Positions 51,657 through 64,000 of a stretch of DNA of 64,000 nucleotides are shown here, one piece after another (the first letter of the stretch is position 1; the number at the start of each line of letters is the position of its first letter). Origin of the DNA: Octopus bimaculoides (lineage: Eukaryota); the NCBI RefSeq assembly GCF_001194135.2, contig NC_068993.1, positions 3,918,894 to 3,982,893 of the forward strand. Direction: 5' to 3'. The position numbers and the translations under genes are program-made. The notes under the pieces are model-generated. The model worked only from the letters and a program-made list of their open reading frames with translations. It did not search any database and had not been told where the DNA came from.

Positions 51657-51695
51657 ATGTATATCTGTTTGTCTGTCTCTCTGTCTGTCTAACTA

Positions 51696-51738
<43 letters not shown>

Positions 51739-53949
51739 GCTAATGCCAAATAGTGAAAATGGGTGCTTATCATAGTATTGGTTGAATATTGTAATTTTCT
51801 TTTAATTTTCTTTTGATTAAAGAAGTAAGTGTTAGTACACGTTTCCATTTTCGACGAGAATACTTCAGGTTACACAAGACTGAACGGTATTTCAAAATTA
51901 TTTCGCAGATCACAGGAGTTTATTGATACGCATATTTTATTTGTTATCTCCCTTGCATTAGCCCTGGAGATTTGCTAGAAATTGCGTTAAACCATGATTA
52001 ATCATTACTTCAATTATCTTATGCCAGAACACTTGTGCACGCCCATATTTATGAATATGTGTGTGTGCGTGTATGTATGTGTAAATATATATATATATAT
52101 ATGTGAGTGTGTACGTATGTATATTTATATGTAAACATGCATACACACGCATAAATATATGTATACAAACACACACATACACCTGTAAGGTATTTCCATC
52201 ATATTTGAATATGTGCATATAATTATTTATGGAATTGCATAGATTTTTCACACTAAAATTGGTCCCTGGAGTCGCAAGTTCTTCAGTTCATCAATATATA
52301 GTTTTCTTAGAATCACGATGCCATGCATATGTACTATGCATCTAGCGTTGTTAAGGAATTCATCAGAAATTCATGGACGTATACATCTTTAATGCCTAAT
52401 GTACATATATAGATTGATAGGTATAAATATAAATGTATACCGCATACATACACTCACACACATATTGGACGTTTACAAGGCAAATGATTTCATCTGATAC
52501 ACTTGAAAATAAAAAAAAAGAAATTCAACGGAGAATGCGTTAGTTATACATGAAATAATGAATGCTAAAGCGAAGTCAAAAATCATCGTTGTTCTTGAAT
52601 AGCAAATATGTATCTTACACTTTGAAATTGTGTGTGTGTTTGTATGTGCGTGACAGAGATGGTATACACACACGCGACTAATAAGTTGAGGAAGATTTGA
52701 CTGCCAATTATATCTGGTCGCTGAACCGAGAAGACGAATCTTCACTTTGGCCGTTGTTCTCGAGTTCCGTCAAAATAATCAGTAATGGGGAAAATAGTGA
52801 TATATTGGATCAAATGAATACGGGATGAAATAATTAATGGGCACGTAGTAGATTCCACGAAAATGATGATATTGCATCCTTACAAATATGTGATCTCGCA
52901 CCAGAATAAAATGCATTTCCTATTGCTACTTCAAAAACATGCAAGGAATATGTAAAGTTATTTTAATATATTCGAAAACAAGAATTTACGCAATGTACTA
53001 AACCTTACCGGGTATTTTTTTAAATAAATTTGCGCCCGTGTGTGTGTTTGTGTGTATGTTTGTAGACAAATCTCTTAATCCATCCAGACAATTCACAGGG
53101 GATATCCATTATCTGTACTGTTCAAGGAATCACATGAGCTTGGCCTCTGCTTGTTTCCATGACATCTGCGTTAAAATACAAGAGCTCTCGGCTTCTGGAA
53201 ACTCTGGTAAGACACATGGGAGTTACAGTGTTTGAGAATGGCCAACGTTCATCTGATAGTAAATTTACAGCATTTTATAATCCGGTGAGGTTGTGGTCAC
53301 TAGCAACGTATCATATACAAACTCCATTTTTCTGAGGGTCCATCTCACAGACATGCGATATATCCACCAATTTACAAAGTCGTGTGAAACATGATCGATG
53401 GCAATTCCCTTGCAATGTAATTTCATGAAATTCCTAGCAGAGGTGGGTGATTGTAGTCATAATTATTTCCGTATATTTTTCTTTTTTATGGTATTTTTCC
53501 TATTTTATCTACCCCTATTGTATGCTGCTGTTGCTGACTCCCTAAAATATCAATCACTTACAAGACGTTTTGCATATTTAAGCTCAACCTTATGAAGCGC
53601 ATATAGTTCGAAGTCAATACAGGGCTCACCTGTTGTTAATTCTTTGTCACAAAGGTGACTACGACCAAAAGTTCTACGTCATCCTTATATGCTTAACTCT
53701 TGGCCCTCGTATAAACATGGCGTAATAAAGTACAAGTGATTATTCGAAAATAAAAAAATAATTTTAGATAGGATATTGCTAATTTTGATAAGGATTGATG
53801 TAGGAAAAGATATGTCTGAACTTATCCATGTGAATACTTAATGTGCATAAAATTATGTTAAATCAGTAATTTCGTAATTTCATTTAAAGTGTTGGAAACA
53901 GAATGTGACTGTCATTCAGTTGAGACCGATACATACATACATACATATT

Positions 53950-54001
<52 letters not shown>

Positions 54002-54346
54002 GACAGGGAATTCTATAACAACCTTTAAAATTGCAAACCTAAATGATTCTGAGATTCACATGGCATTTCAGATTGAAAATGAATAGCTGCATGGAAGACA
54101 GCCAATCTTGTACATTCCTCTAGAAATATAAATCAATGAGGTTAATTGCTTCAATGATAATTACTCCATGGAATATTAACCCTTGTGATTTGTAATAATT
54201 TATCACGCCTACACCTGTATAATGTTGCAAATCCAGTTTCTGATTCTCTCTTCACTGGTTTGGATTTTACAGTGATGAGTTCTAAACGTTGCTGATCAGT
54301 TCTAACACCACTAAAACATACCCAGAGTTGCCTTTCCTCTATATAA

Positions 54347-54440
54347 CAAATTTCGCCGAGGTCGACTTTGCCTTTCATCTTTTTCGGGGTCGATAGATTA
54401 AGTACCCCAAAATTTCGGGACTTGTGTCTAGAGTAAAAAG
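54347..54440 (+). mobile_element. SINE family A fragment with internal deletion
   Basis: CAAATTTCGCCGAGGTCGACTTTGCCTTTCATCTTTTTCGGGGTCGATAGATTAAGTACC joined directly to CCAAAATTTCGGGACTTGTGTCTAGAGTA. Confidence 0.85.
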
Positions 54441-54560
54441 AAAAAAAAACAGTAACATTTCTGTAGGTCAATGGTCCTAAACTGCTACTTTATTTATTGA
54501 CAATCGAAATTATGGCAAGCAAAGCGACTTAGGGCCTAAACATTTTGGCGCGTAAAAATT

Positions 54561-54760
54561 TTAGCACAAGGCCAGCCATTTCTGAAACGGTTTAAGTCGA
54601 ATTCAGCGATCCCAGTGTTCAACTAGAACCTATTTTATTGGCCCCGAAAGAATGAATGGCAAAGTCAACCCCTGTGAAATTTGGATTCAGAAATTACAGA
54701 AAGACGATACCGCTAAACAGTTTGCCCGGCGTGCTAATGATGCCGTCTTCTCGTCACCTT
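54561..54760 (-). mobile_element. SINE family A, near full length
   Basis: AGCACAAGGCCAGC..GATCCCAGTG..CTATTTTATTGGCCCCGAAAGAATGAATGGCAAAGTCAACC..GATACCGCTAAACAGTTTGCCCGGCGTGCTAATGAT..TCGTCACCTT. Confidence 0.85.
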
Positions 54761-56916
54761 ACTTGGAAGAAGAACTGCCAGGCATTTTCTTAGGAAATTT
54801 CAAGACTCTGAGAATATGTACTTGTCTTAAATAAAGTAATTTCTATGTCATCTTCACACAGAAGAGGATACTTCAAGCAAACAGTTCCTCATATTGAAGC
54901 AATGGCGTTAGTTTCAGCCAAGTTGCGTTTTATTATATCGTTACTGAACAATATTATTCCTTGTGCTAAGCAGCAACAATTGTGATATAAATATATATTG
55001 AAGACATCATTGCTTTTCTAGTTGATTGCTCCAACGTCAGAATGTTCTCACAAACTTTAAGAAGAAATTCTATTCGATTAATGGTATATATGCAATTCTA
55101 AACCTAATTAGTGATGGGAACTTAGAGAGAAGCGTTACTTGCTACCTTACAATGGAGCATGTAAGTATATAGAATACAGTCACCGTTTTTAAATATTTTG
55201 AATGAGCAACATATTCCTGTGTAGGTGTATTTGTGCATGTGTGCGTATGTATATTCAAGCATTAGTCCATCTATGTTTGTGTTATGATATATACAGACAG
55301 ACAGAGACAGACAGATACATATATAGATAGATTGATGGATATACATATATTGGTAGATATAGATATAGATGCATTACTTATCTATAAATATATATATATT
55401 TATACACACACACACACATATATATAGACATATGTTCACAATTATGTGTGTGCGCGTATATATGTGTTTGTGTTACCTTATGCGTACGTGTTCGTTAATA
55501 TGTAGTTGTCGTATGTATTAATACGTGTGTCTGTGTGCGTAAGTGATTTACTGATTCCATATGTTTGCTTTCCAGAATGTATTTTTATGCTTCTATTTGG
55601 GCATAAGGTCATATAGATGTGTATATGTTTGCACATATATATCTCACTGTGTATGTGAACATTTATGTGTGCTTTCATATATATGTGTGCGCTTTTATAC
55701 ACTAATATCCATATATGCGTGTGTACTTGCGTGTGAATGTTTTATAAAAGCAAATAGATTTGTTGCCATCGTGCTACATAAATTAGACAAACACGTGATA
55801 TAATAGGAGCCATTGTCTCTGCTTTAATATACTTCATGATTACATGGTAGAGGTAAACATGTAATTTCTCAATAATCAACATAGAAGGAACATTATTCTG
55901 TAAAACGCTTTTCTCATAGATAACTGCTTATCTTCATGGATATTTCGAATGAAAATAGATTTGCTGTATCGACTGTCACAGTATTTCTTATGGTTGTCAC
56001 TTAAATAACATTTCACACCTCTAACTTTGACAAATATGCATCCTTACGTTAGATTCACAGAGAATTTACTGTGAATTCTTGTCATTATCGTCCAATTATT
56101 TTGCTTCCAGTTTATATATTACTTCATGTCAATCCAACAACTGTTATCTATCGTTCTTTCTTTCCTTAGGAGTTTTCAAAGTGTTGATGTTTGCTACTGT
56201 TTCACTAAAAAAATACACAATTATATGCTTTGTACAAAATTGACACTTGTAAAATCTAAATGTTCTCCTTCAGTTGATGTTTTAAAGGAATTTATTTTTG
56301 CAAACAATAAAAAAGAAAATTATGTTTACAATGTTTCAAAATGGAATAAAAAATATATCATAAATAACTGCTTAATATGGCTAATGCCGCATCCGTTTAA
56401 AATAGGTGTCACAATATGCGAATTTATGTAGAATTTATAGTTCTAAAGTATGGTTCAATTTCATATCGGAATATTCTGCAAGTTGTTTTGCTTCTTTTGT
56501 GTGTTTATGGAATCAGACAGAACCATTCGCATCATTCTACAACTCCTCACCAAAATATGTCATTCTGTTTCATATAATAATACGGAATATTTTTTGGAAT
56601 TTATTTAAATATATATTCAAGTATTATAGTAAATTAATCCAAAAGGTTTAGATGCTACTCTGTTTTGTTTCGCTTTGTTTTGCTTTTTTGTTTGTTTTAT
56701 AGAAAATCGTAAATTATAAATATAGAATAATTTTCGTGGTAAACGTTATTAATTGCGATGGATAAATTATCAAGATGCATTAAGACGGTGTTGTGGGTAG
56801 ATGAAAATGATGATAATATTGTCATTTTGCTTCTTGTTATTTTTACTGCTGTTGTTGCTTCTGATGATGGTGTTGATGATGATGATGATGATGTGGGTGA
56901 TGATCAAGATGACCAT

Positions 56917-57039
56917 GATGATGATGAGTGGGTGGAGAAGGAGGGGAAGACCTGGTGTGATGATAAGTGGGTGGAGAAGGAGAGGAGGACCTGGGGTGAT
57001 GATGATGAGTGGGTGAAGAGGGAGGGGAGGATCTGGGGT
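56917..57039. repeat. Purine/G-rich 39-42-bp tandem repeat, 3 units
   Basis: Units start at 56917, 56959 and 56998: (GAT)2-3 RAG TGGGTG RAG ARG GAG RGG ARG AYC TGG KGT. Confidence 0.9.
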
Positions 57040-57298
57040 GATGGTGTGAGCATTGCAGTTCTATTGAATAAAGCAAAGGAATATAAGAAACAAAGAAATG
57101 CAGAAGAAAGAACTGGAGAATGTGAGAAGGAAGAATATAAGTGAAATGACAAGAATGAGTAGGGGCAGAAAAACAGAGAATGATGGAGAAGGAATGGAAA
57201 GAGAGAGAACCGTCAAAGAATCTGAACAAATACAAGAGAAACAAATGAAGAAGAAAAAAAAACAAGTAGAATAAAATACTTGAAATTTATTGAGAGAT

Positions 57299-57335
<37 letters not shown>

Positions 57336-59718
57336 TTGCAGAAGAGAAAGAGAGAGAAGGAAGAAGATGCTAGGTGTAAGTAAAAAGGAAAAAAAACAAA
57401 AAAAACAACGCGAAAGCATGTAAAGTGAGACAACTAAGAAGGGAAACAAGAAATGTAGAGTAAGGGTCGGGGAAAGGGAAGAATATAAATTTAGGACTAA
57501 ACAATAGAAATATTTATTTAATACTTAATTAGAAAGTACTTGCGTGATTTCATTTATAATATGAAAATTGTAATTGTTAAACCCTGTACATGAAATAAAA
57601 TTTACAGTTTTTTAAGCCTATTTATAATTTAAAAGATTTTTTTTTTGCTTTATTTAATCAGAGGCCAATCACAGAACTGAGTTGATTGCTTGCTGATTGT
57701 GTCAAAGTACTCTGTATTTCTTGCCCCCAGTAGAGCACAAACTGACACAGACATGCGTGTATACATATATATACATGTAATTGTGCAAATGTATGTAAAT
57801 ATAGATAGATAGATAGATAGATAGATATATAGATGCGTACATTTATGAGAATGTAATTGACTACATGCAGACCAACAATAAATCGGAAGTAAAAGCATCC
57901 GATTAGTGATCACACGCTTATTATAAAGTTAAATATTAATAGAACCGTTACATTTTATTCCTTGGCAACCTACATTAATGTACTTCCTTTTATTTTCATT
58001 TCTGACAAAAGTAATCTGCTCTACTAATTCATGATTGAGCGGGTTTGGGTAAGAAGACATTTAATTCTAACATCAAAAGCATCAATGAAATAAGTTTACC
58101 AAATAAAAAAAGTCAGAACTAGCTATCCTCGTGTTAATGTTAAAATTATAATGAATGTATATTCAACAAAAGGAAATTCAAAAAATCATTTTTTTCTTTA
58201 ACAGCATTGTCATCGTCGTCGTCATTGTCATGGATATTAGATTCGGCATCATGAGCACCAACATCAGAATCAATTTTTGTATATAGTGACTCCATCAGTC
58301 GGATGTGAGCTTTGTGCTTCTAATGCTTCATCATTTGGTCTAATATCAGATGACCAGCTCACTTATTTTCTTACATATACTGATTCTAGCACACAGAAAT
58401 ATATATATATATATATATATATANNNNNNNNNNNNNNNNNNNNNNNNNNNNNNNNNNNNNNNNNNNNNNNNNNATATATACAGATATACACTGAAAATTT
58501 ACACATAGGCATACTACCTACATACATACATATATACACACAACATATTCAATATTGACACACTCATATATACAAACTTTTGTTTGTTGTCAAAGCTATT
58601 GATATAACAAACATACACATTCATATAAACATATATTTCTGGTCTTGCTATTTATTTTTACATACACTTACCATCCAAACTATCTGTTCTATTGTCAGAC
58701 ATTTCCAGATGCCTTTAATGCTTAAACTCACTTTCAAATCGCAGTGAGTCAAATATCCATTTATGCTAATTTAGCAATTCTGACGCATAATATCGAATCA
58801 TTTCTTGTTAGTATTCTCAAGCCTCCTGATTGTAATGTTCATGATTTTCACATGTAGCATCAATTTCATGTAGTTATTTGTTTTTGCAATTTACACATGT
58901 TCCGTACATTCTGCGATTTGTAAGCTGTTAAAAATCATGTGAATTCTATAGAGATTAGACTAAACAGTATAAGTCTCTGAACTGAGTTGATGAGCAACTA
59001 TGACATAAATATAGATGCTGTACTGTCAATCTGTTTAATCTGTGCCAATATGGAAATGGTAAAGCAAAACTTAAAATGATGCTCATTAAGATACAAATCA
59101 TGTTCACAAAAGAAGTGCTACTACGAAAAAGAAGTAAAAAACCAAGCGTGTTAGCATCTTGTACAAAGTTACTGAAGTAAAACTAAAATTATTGATATTA
59201 TAGTATATGTGAACAGACTATGAACAATAACAGTACTAGAGTGAGGAGATGAAGATTGGGAAGTATGACGAGGAAATAAACAAAATAGTACTCGGTTAAT
59301 TCTAAGATAATTCTAGGCAGAGAATGAATTAACAAATAAAAATATGTGTATTCATCAAATGAAAGTAGAAAGTAAAAAAGAAAAGCCAACCATGTCATGG
59401 CATGATTACAATTAAACAGTCAGTCGGTATATAATGCATCGTGTAATTCCCAAGTGTTAAGTTCTTCCTAGAAAAGTGAATCAGACAACAAAATATAGAA
59501 AGGTAGTGAAGCTAAAACCACAACATAAATAACAAAATTTAAAAAAATAAATAAGAAGAAGAAATCTCAGACTTTTGTCTGAGGATATTTTCAATAGATG
59601 GCATGTAATTATAGACATGACTATATAGACAAGATGTGTAAAAGAAGGAGAAAGAAAGAAATATTAGGCTAAAACAACAGGAGGAAACGATAGCAGTAGT
59701 AATACTAATACTAAAGCC

Positions 59719-59721
<3 letters not shown>

Positions 59722-59789
<68 letters not shown>

Positions 59790-59819
59790 CGGTGGTGGTG
59801 GTGGTGGTAGTAGTAGTAA
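59722..59819. repeat. Compound (AGT)n(GGT)n(AGT)n microsatellite
   Basis: Direct reading. Confidence 0.97.
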
Positions 59820-60838
59820 TGATTATCTAATTCTGGATTACGTGTGAGAGTAAAGGGGTAGGAGAATTAACAATAGTTTGAAATAAAGGATGAAGAAAAA
59901 ATAATTTCTATGATGAGAATAAGAGAAATTTATGAATAAACTTTTTCAAAGGAAGAAGGCAGAAACGTATGACTTAAGTCGTGCAGAAAATAAACAAAAA
60001 AGGTGTACACACACATACAGAAATATATGCATATTCACATAGAAATATACTCAGACCCACACAAACTCAGTCATGTACTCACAAACACATTGCATCTAAT
60101 ATCTGTGCATAAAAATACACAAAATCCTACAGAAACGTGCATACATTCACTTGCATTATACACAATCATAGATGCATTCTCAAACATACATACAAGCAGC
60201 GCCACACCAATATTCACAAAGATATACATTCACTCACTAACTTAGTCACACACTCAGTCATATACACACTCACACACACACGCATACATCCTACACACAT
60301 AGACGTACACGAATGATATCCACACTCAACCACACACATACTCACTCTTCCACTCGAATATACACCCTCTCTTCTCACTTGAATTTCACCACCATCTTAT
60401 AGGATGCATGCTTAAAATTTCTTTGAAGGTTGGATATTTTAGGGTGGCAGTATTTCCACGACGCTTAGATTGGGACCTACTCTAATGTAACGAGCATTCT
60501 CTCCTTAATTGTTAGCTATAAACCACACCTAACGTTGTAGTGCTTAACTAGTAATGCAATCATTTCGGAATAGTATCTAAAACTCCCTCAAATCACATGC
60601 AACCTTCATTAACATGTAATTAATCGGTTAACTAATCTTAAGTACATAAAATTAACCATCTCCGTCCCGTGAAATTCAGATTTTTCACAAAATGCGCAAT
60701 TGCGAATTTCAGAATCTTCATCATGTTTCCGTTGGATTTATTTTAGAAATATTTTCAAATATTAATATTGGTCTCGTTTTAATTGTTTTAAGGTTAATTA
60801 CGTTGCGTGATGGTGATCTCAATATTTCTAGCTATCGT

Positions 60839-61059
60839 AAGGCGGTGAGCTGTTAGAACCGTTAGCACTCCGAAAAGATGGTTTAGCGACATTTCACTTG
60901 TCTTTACGTTCCGAGTTCAAATGCCACCGAGCTCGATTTTTCTTTCATTCTTCCGGTGGTCGATGAAATGAGTACCAGTCAAACACTGGGGTTGATGTAA
61001 TCAACCAGTCACCTCCACCAAAATTTCAGGTAAAACGCCTATGATAGAAATGATTATTT
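60839..61059 (+). mobile_element. SINE family A, full length, diverged
   Basis: AAGGCGGTGAGCTGTTAGAACCGTTAGCAC..GAGTTCAAATGCCACCGAG..GAGTACCAGTCAAACACTGGGGTTGATGTAATC..AAATTTCAGG..GATAGAAATGATTATTT. Confidence 0.85.
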
Positions 61060-62933
61060 CTAGCCATTGTGATTTTAACATTTGAATTATAAATGTTAGA
61101 ATGTCTGAGAATAAAATATCTGAAAAAAAAAAAAAAGGGAAATAATACATGGCATTAGTTCTTTGAAATCTACGAAAATTTATATCATTTTCTATTACTG
61201 ATAAATTTCTGCTATATATGTCAAATTATCAATTGTATATCAACAAATATTATATTACATCATTAAATGTTCTAGGCATTCCATTCAGTTATTACAATCA
61301 ATTTCATAATTTTCACTTTTCTTTCGCCGAAGGTCTCTCTCAGCCGTGTTTGATATTCCATATACTACCGGCAAACCAGAAAACCTGCATCGTTTTCATA
61401 AGGTTTGTTTTATAGAGAAAGTAATTACTGAATGTTTTCTATCATATATTTTGCTTTGTGTGTGGTCTAATTCTCTTCTATTTTAGAATGTTTTCATATC
61501 ACAAAAATCTCAGACTTGAAACAGCGGCAGACAAAATATTTTAATTGTAAAATTTGCAATAAGGAATATATTAATTGTGTATATTAATTGTAAAATTTGC
61601 AATTAGGAATATATTGAAATTCCTTTCAGCGTCTTCACATCTACATAAAGAAATGAGAAATAGCAGGGAATCAAAATGAATAACACAAAAATCACTACAT
61701 AAGGAGGTAAGTGCACTAGGCTTCATCGCAGAATAAGATATTACTGTCTGTGATAAGTTGATAGGGAATTGTTCTTTGCAAAGCAACTGTCGTATTGAGA
61801 TACTAAACAGATTCAAAATAAAGTAAAAATTAAATAGCAGACGTAAAAAAGATGATTTAAAAGTATCAAAAGTATTGAAGTTGCCGATACACACCAAGCG
61901 TAGTTACAGATGTCGGCAGGATATCTAATTAAATATTGTATTTGTGAATTTTACGGTGATAAGGCGGACTCAAGGATGGTGCTGAGCGTTCAGTGGTAGA
62001 TATGCGACATGGTTAAACACCATCAACTGATCATCAGATGATGTCTTTCTTAAAATGTATGCATTCTTTGTTTTCTGATTGGGTAGAATACACACACACA
62101 AACAACAACTGCAAGGCTTATATCAATATCATACACGAATCAAAAAAACACACTTGGTGCTAATTTTATCCTACACAGGATTATACCGTTAAATATTGAT
62201 TGCTTGGAACATGGCAAATACCTTAAGGATGGTGAAGAAATATTTAAAAAGAAATATATTGGAGTGAATTTCTATAATTTTGTTTTTGCATAATTTTTGT
62301 CATTTGGTTGGAAGGGAAAATCAAAAATACATTCACTTCCTTTTCATGCTATTTTCAACGAAGTCATTTTTACACACAACACCGTTTACACTGCTGCTTT
62401 AGAGGATGGTTTAATCCAAAGCAACATGTTTTACGCTTAGAATTTAAGTAAGCCACAAGTATATCTAATACCCTATATGCATTTTGTATTTAGTCCAGTA
62501 TATATATGTGCGTTTGTATAAATTGATAGATAGTTGGATAGATAGATAGCTAAATAGATAGATAGATAGATAGATAGATAGACAGATAGATAGATAGATA
62601 GATATACATGTAACCCAACGATAAAGATTTATGCTATATTAGTATAGCATAAATTTAATAGCGATTACAACGGTTTCAATACCACTCAGTTTCGGCCCAC
62701 TTTACACATAAATAACTGCATGTGCCACATTATCCAAGGCCAGTAAAACTAAGTGTATTTGAAAAATAATTCAAATATTTTGCGGAACGGCAACTCCACT
62801 GATGCTTAACCAAAATCAAGAGCATACATGATAGCTAATTTTGGTAAGCGTCCGATAAAGAGTCAGTTATGTTTTCAATTACACGTAATTTTTCTGGCCT
62901 TCCATAATGTATCACCTATGCATAAATTGAGTA

Positions 62934-63061
62934 GGCGCGTGGCTTAGTGGTTAGGGCATTCGGCTCACGATCGTAAGTTCGTGAGTTCAATTCCCGGCGA
63001 CGCGTTGTGTCCTTGAGTAAGACACTTTATTTCACGTCGTTCCAGTCCACTGAGCTGGCAA
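62934..63061 (+). mobile_element. tRNA-derived SINE family C, 5' half
   Basis: GGCGCGTGGCTTAGTGGTTAGG (A box TGGCTTAGTGG), GAGTTCAATTCCC (B box), CORE-like TGTGTCCTTGAGTAAGACACTT; truncated after GAGCTGGCAA. Confidence 0.9.
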
Positions 63062-64000
63062 GCGGATCGGAGGGAAGAAAAATAACTGACCGAAAGACTA
63101 ATGAAACGGGATTTAACGTTAAAACTACTAAATGCATAAGCAACAAAAACAGTACATGAAATGCGAACCTTCTCCAAATTCTACATAAAATGTCTGCTTT
63201 TATGGAGAGATGTGGAATAACTGGCAGTTTTCGCCTCCAAATCTCAGGCAGAGCAGACCTCATAGTAATCACCAATCCCCTCTCAGCCAACAAAGTAGAG
63301 GAAAGGCATAGAGAGACATCGATAAGCCAAAATGCGCCTTCAGTTTAGGAGAGCACCACGAAGCTGTATGAAGTTGCAGTGTGAGCTGCAGCAATATTAT
63401 AACAATTGTTTTAGATGTTGCACAAAAGATACTGCAGCAGCTGACATGGTTATAAATAAAATTATCCTATACACAGCCACACTGTCAGCTGCTAACAAAG
63501 AACATATATTTCTGTTAAGTCAAAAATATATATCTTTTCTCTCTTTTTCATTCAAACATTACATATATGTACTTCCATCTTCCCTGCTTCATTGAAACAT
63601 TATATATATATCTACAACCACCTCTGTCACCATGCATAAACATTTACAGCATACTTACTTTTTATACCGGTAGCTCCATTCAACGAATACAAACCCCACG
63701 CAAAAAGAGGATTAAGTTTGAAAAATTAAACAAAGTCAGCGATGGTAAGTAAGCTAAAACTTCGATATCACAGTCAACATTTTTCTTGTTCATATCAAAA
63801 TACGTACTGACTGATTCTTCAATTCGAAATTCAAAAACTGAAGGGTGACACTATTTTTTGTGTTTAGCAAGGTGTTTTCCCCGTTACTATCTTTTTCTAT
63901 TTTTGTATACTTTTAACTGTTTTCTTCGTGGATATCTATCAGTTTCTATCTACCAAATTTAGCTACAATAGTATTTAAATCAAAGCCATTTTAACCGCAC

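Larger units (their letters stand above)
1094..58473. other. Ten assembly gaps (N runs) within this span
   Basis: 1094-1103, 2664-2788, 10739-11174, 12687-13171, 25443-25581, 30776-30996, 34625-35340, 38273-38282, 43218-44160, 58424-58473. Confidence 0.99.

Noticed and set aside
62934-63000. tRNA gene (also the heads at 7151, 13172 and 60839)
   Set aside because: A and B boxes are present but I see no complete cloverleaf, and each head continues into a multicopy SINE body.
63027-63595. ORFs of 87-88 aa on both strands in a GC-richer block
   Set aside because: One runs into the SINE, and neither shows a recognisable motif or good splice context.
63766-63790. miR-2-family seed TATCACAG
   Set aside because: The match stops after the seed region and I saw no precursor hairpin.
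1-64000. Most ORFs in the supplied track (poly-YI, CV, HT, L, S, N, K and X-containing)
   Set aside because: They are translations of microsatellites or N gaps, or antisense frames of transposon fossils.

Overview
Eukaryotic, AT-rich (roughly two-thirds A+T by eye), microsatellite-saturated draft-assembly sequence with ten N gaps. The interspersed repeats match, from my recall, the abundant tRNA-derived SINEs of Octopus, so a coleoid/octopus origin is inferred; I could not run a database check. I found no prokaryotic system, rRNA, true tRNA or CRISPR array, and no host protein-coding gene I can identify. The window reads as a long intron or intergenic tract layered with transposon fossils. 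These are: three 3' fragments of R4/Dong-like (RLE-domain) LINEs, one CR1/L2-type LINE 3' fragment, about 15 SINE copies of three families (called A, B, C here), an internally deleted mariner, a rosa/maT-like Tc1/mariner remnant with an internal inversion, a Helentron-HINE-like element, two non-autonomous Helitron-like ends and a candidate ~140-bp TA-flanked MITE. The most interesting structures are a collinear SINE-LINE fusion (6.3-7.15 kb), the MITE (34.1 kb), a 44-bp minisatellite with a conserved core (4.3 kb), a strong isolated hairpin (28.3 kb), the inverted transposon nested in a SINE (50.3 kb) and a SINE dimer bracketed by a 14-bp direct repeat (12.7-13.7 kb). Nearly all ORFs in the supplied track are microsatellite, N-gap or transposon artefacts. 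A few unannotated exon-like segments are reported only as low-confidence candidates. TE boundaries are approximate.
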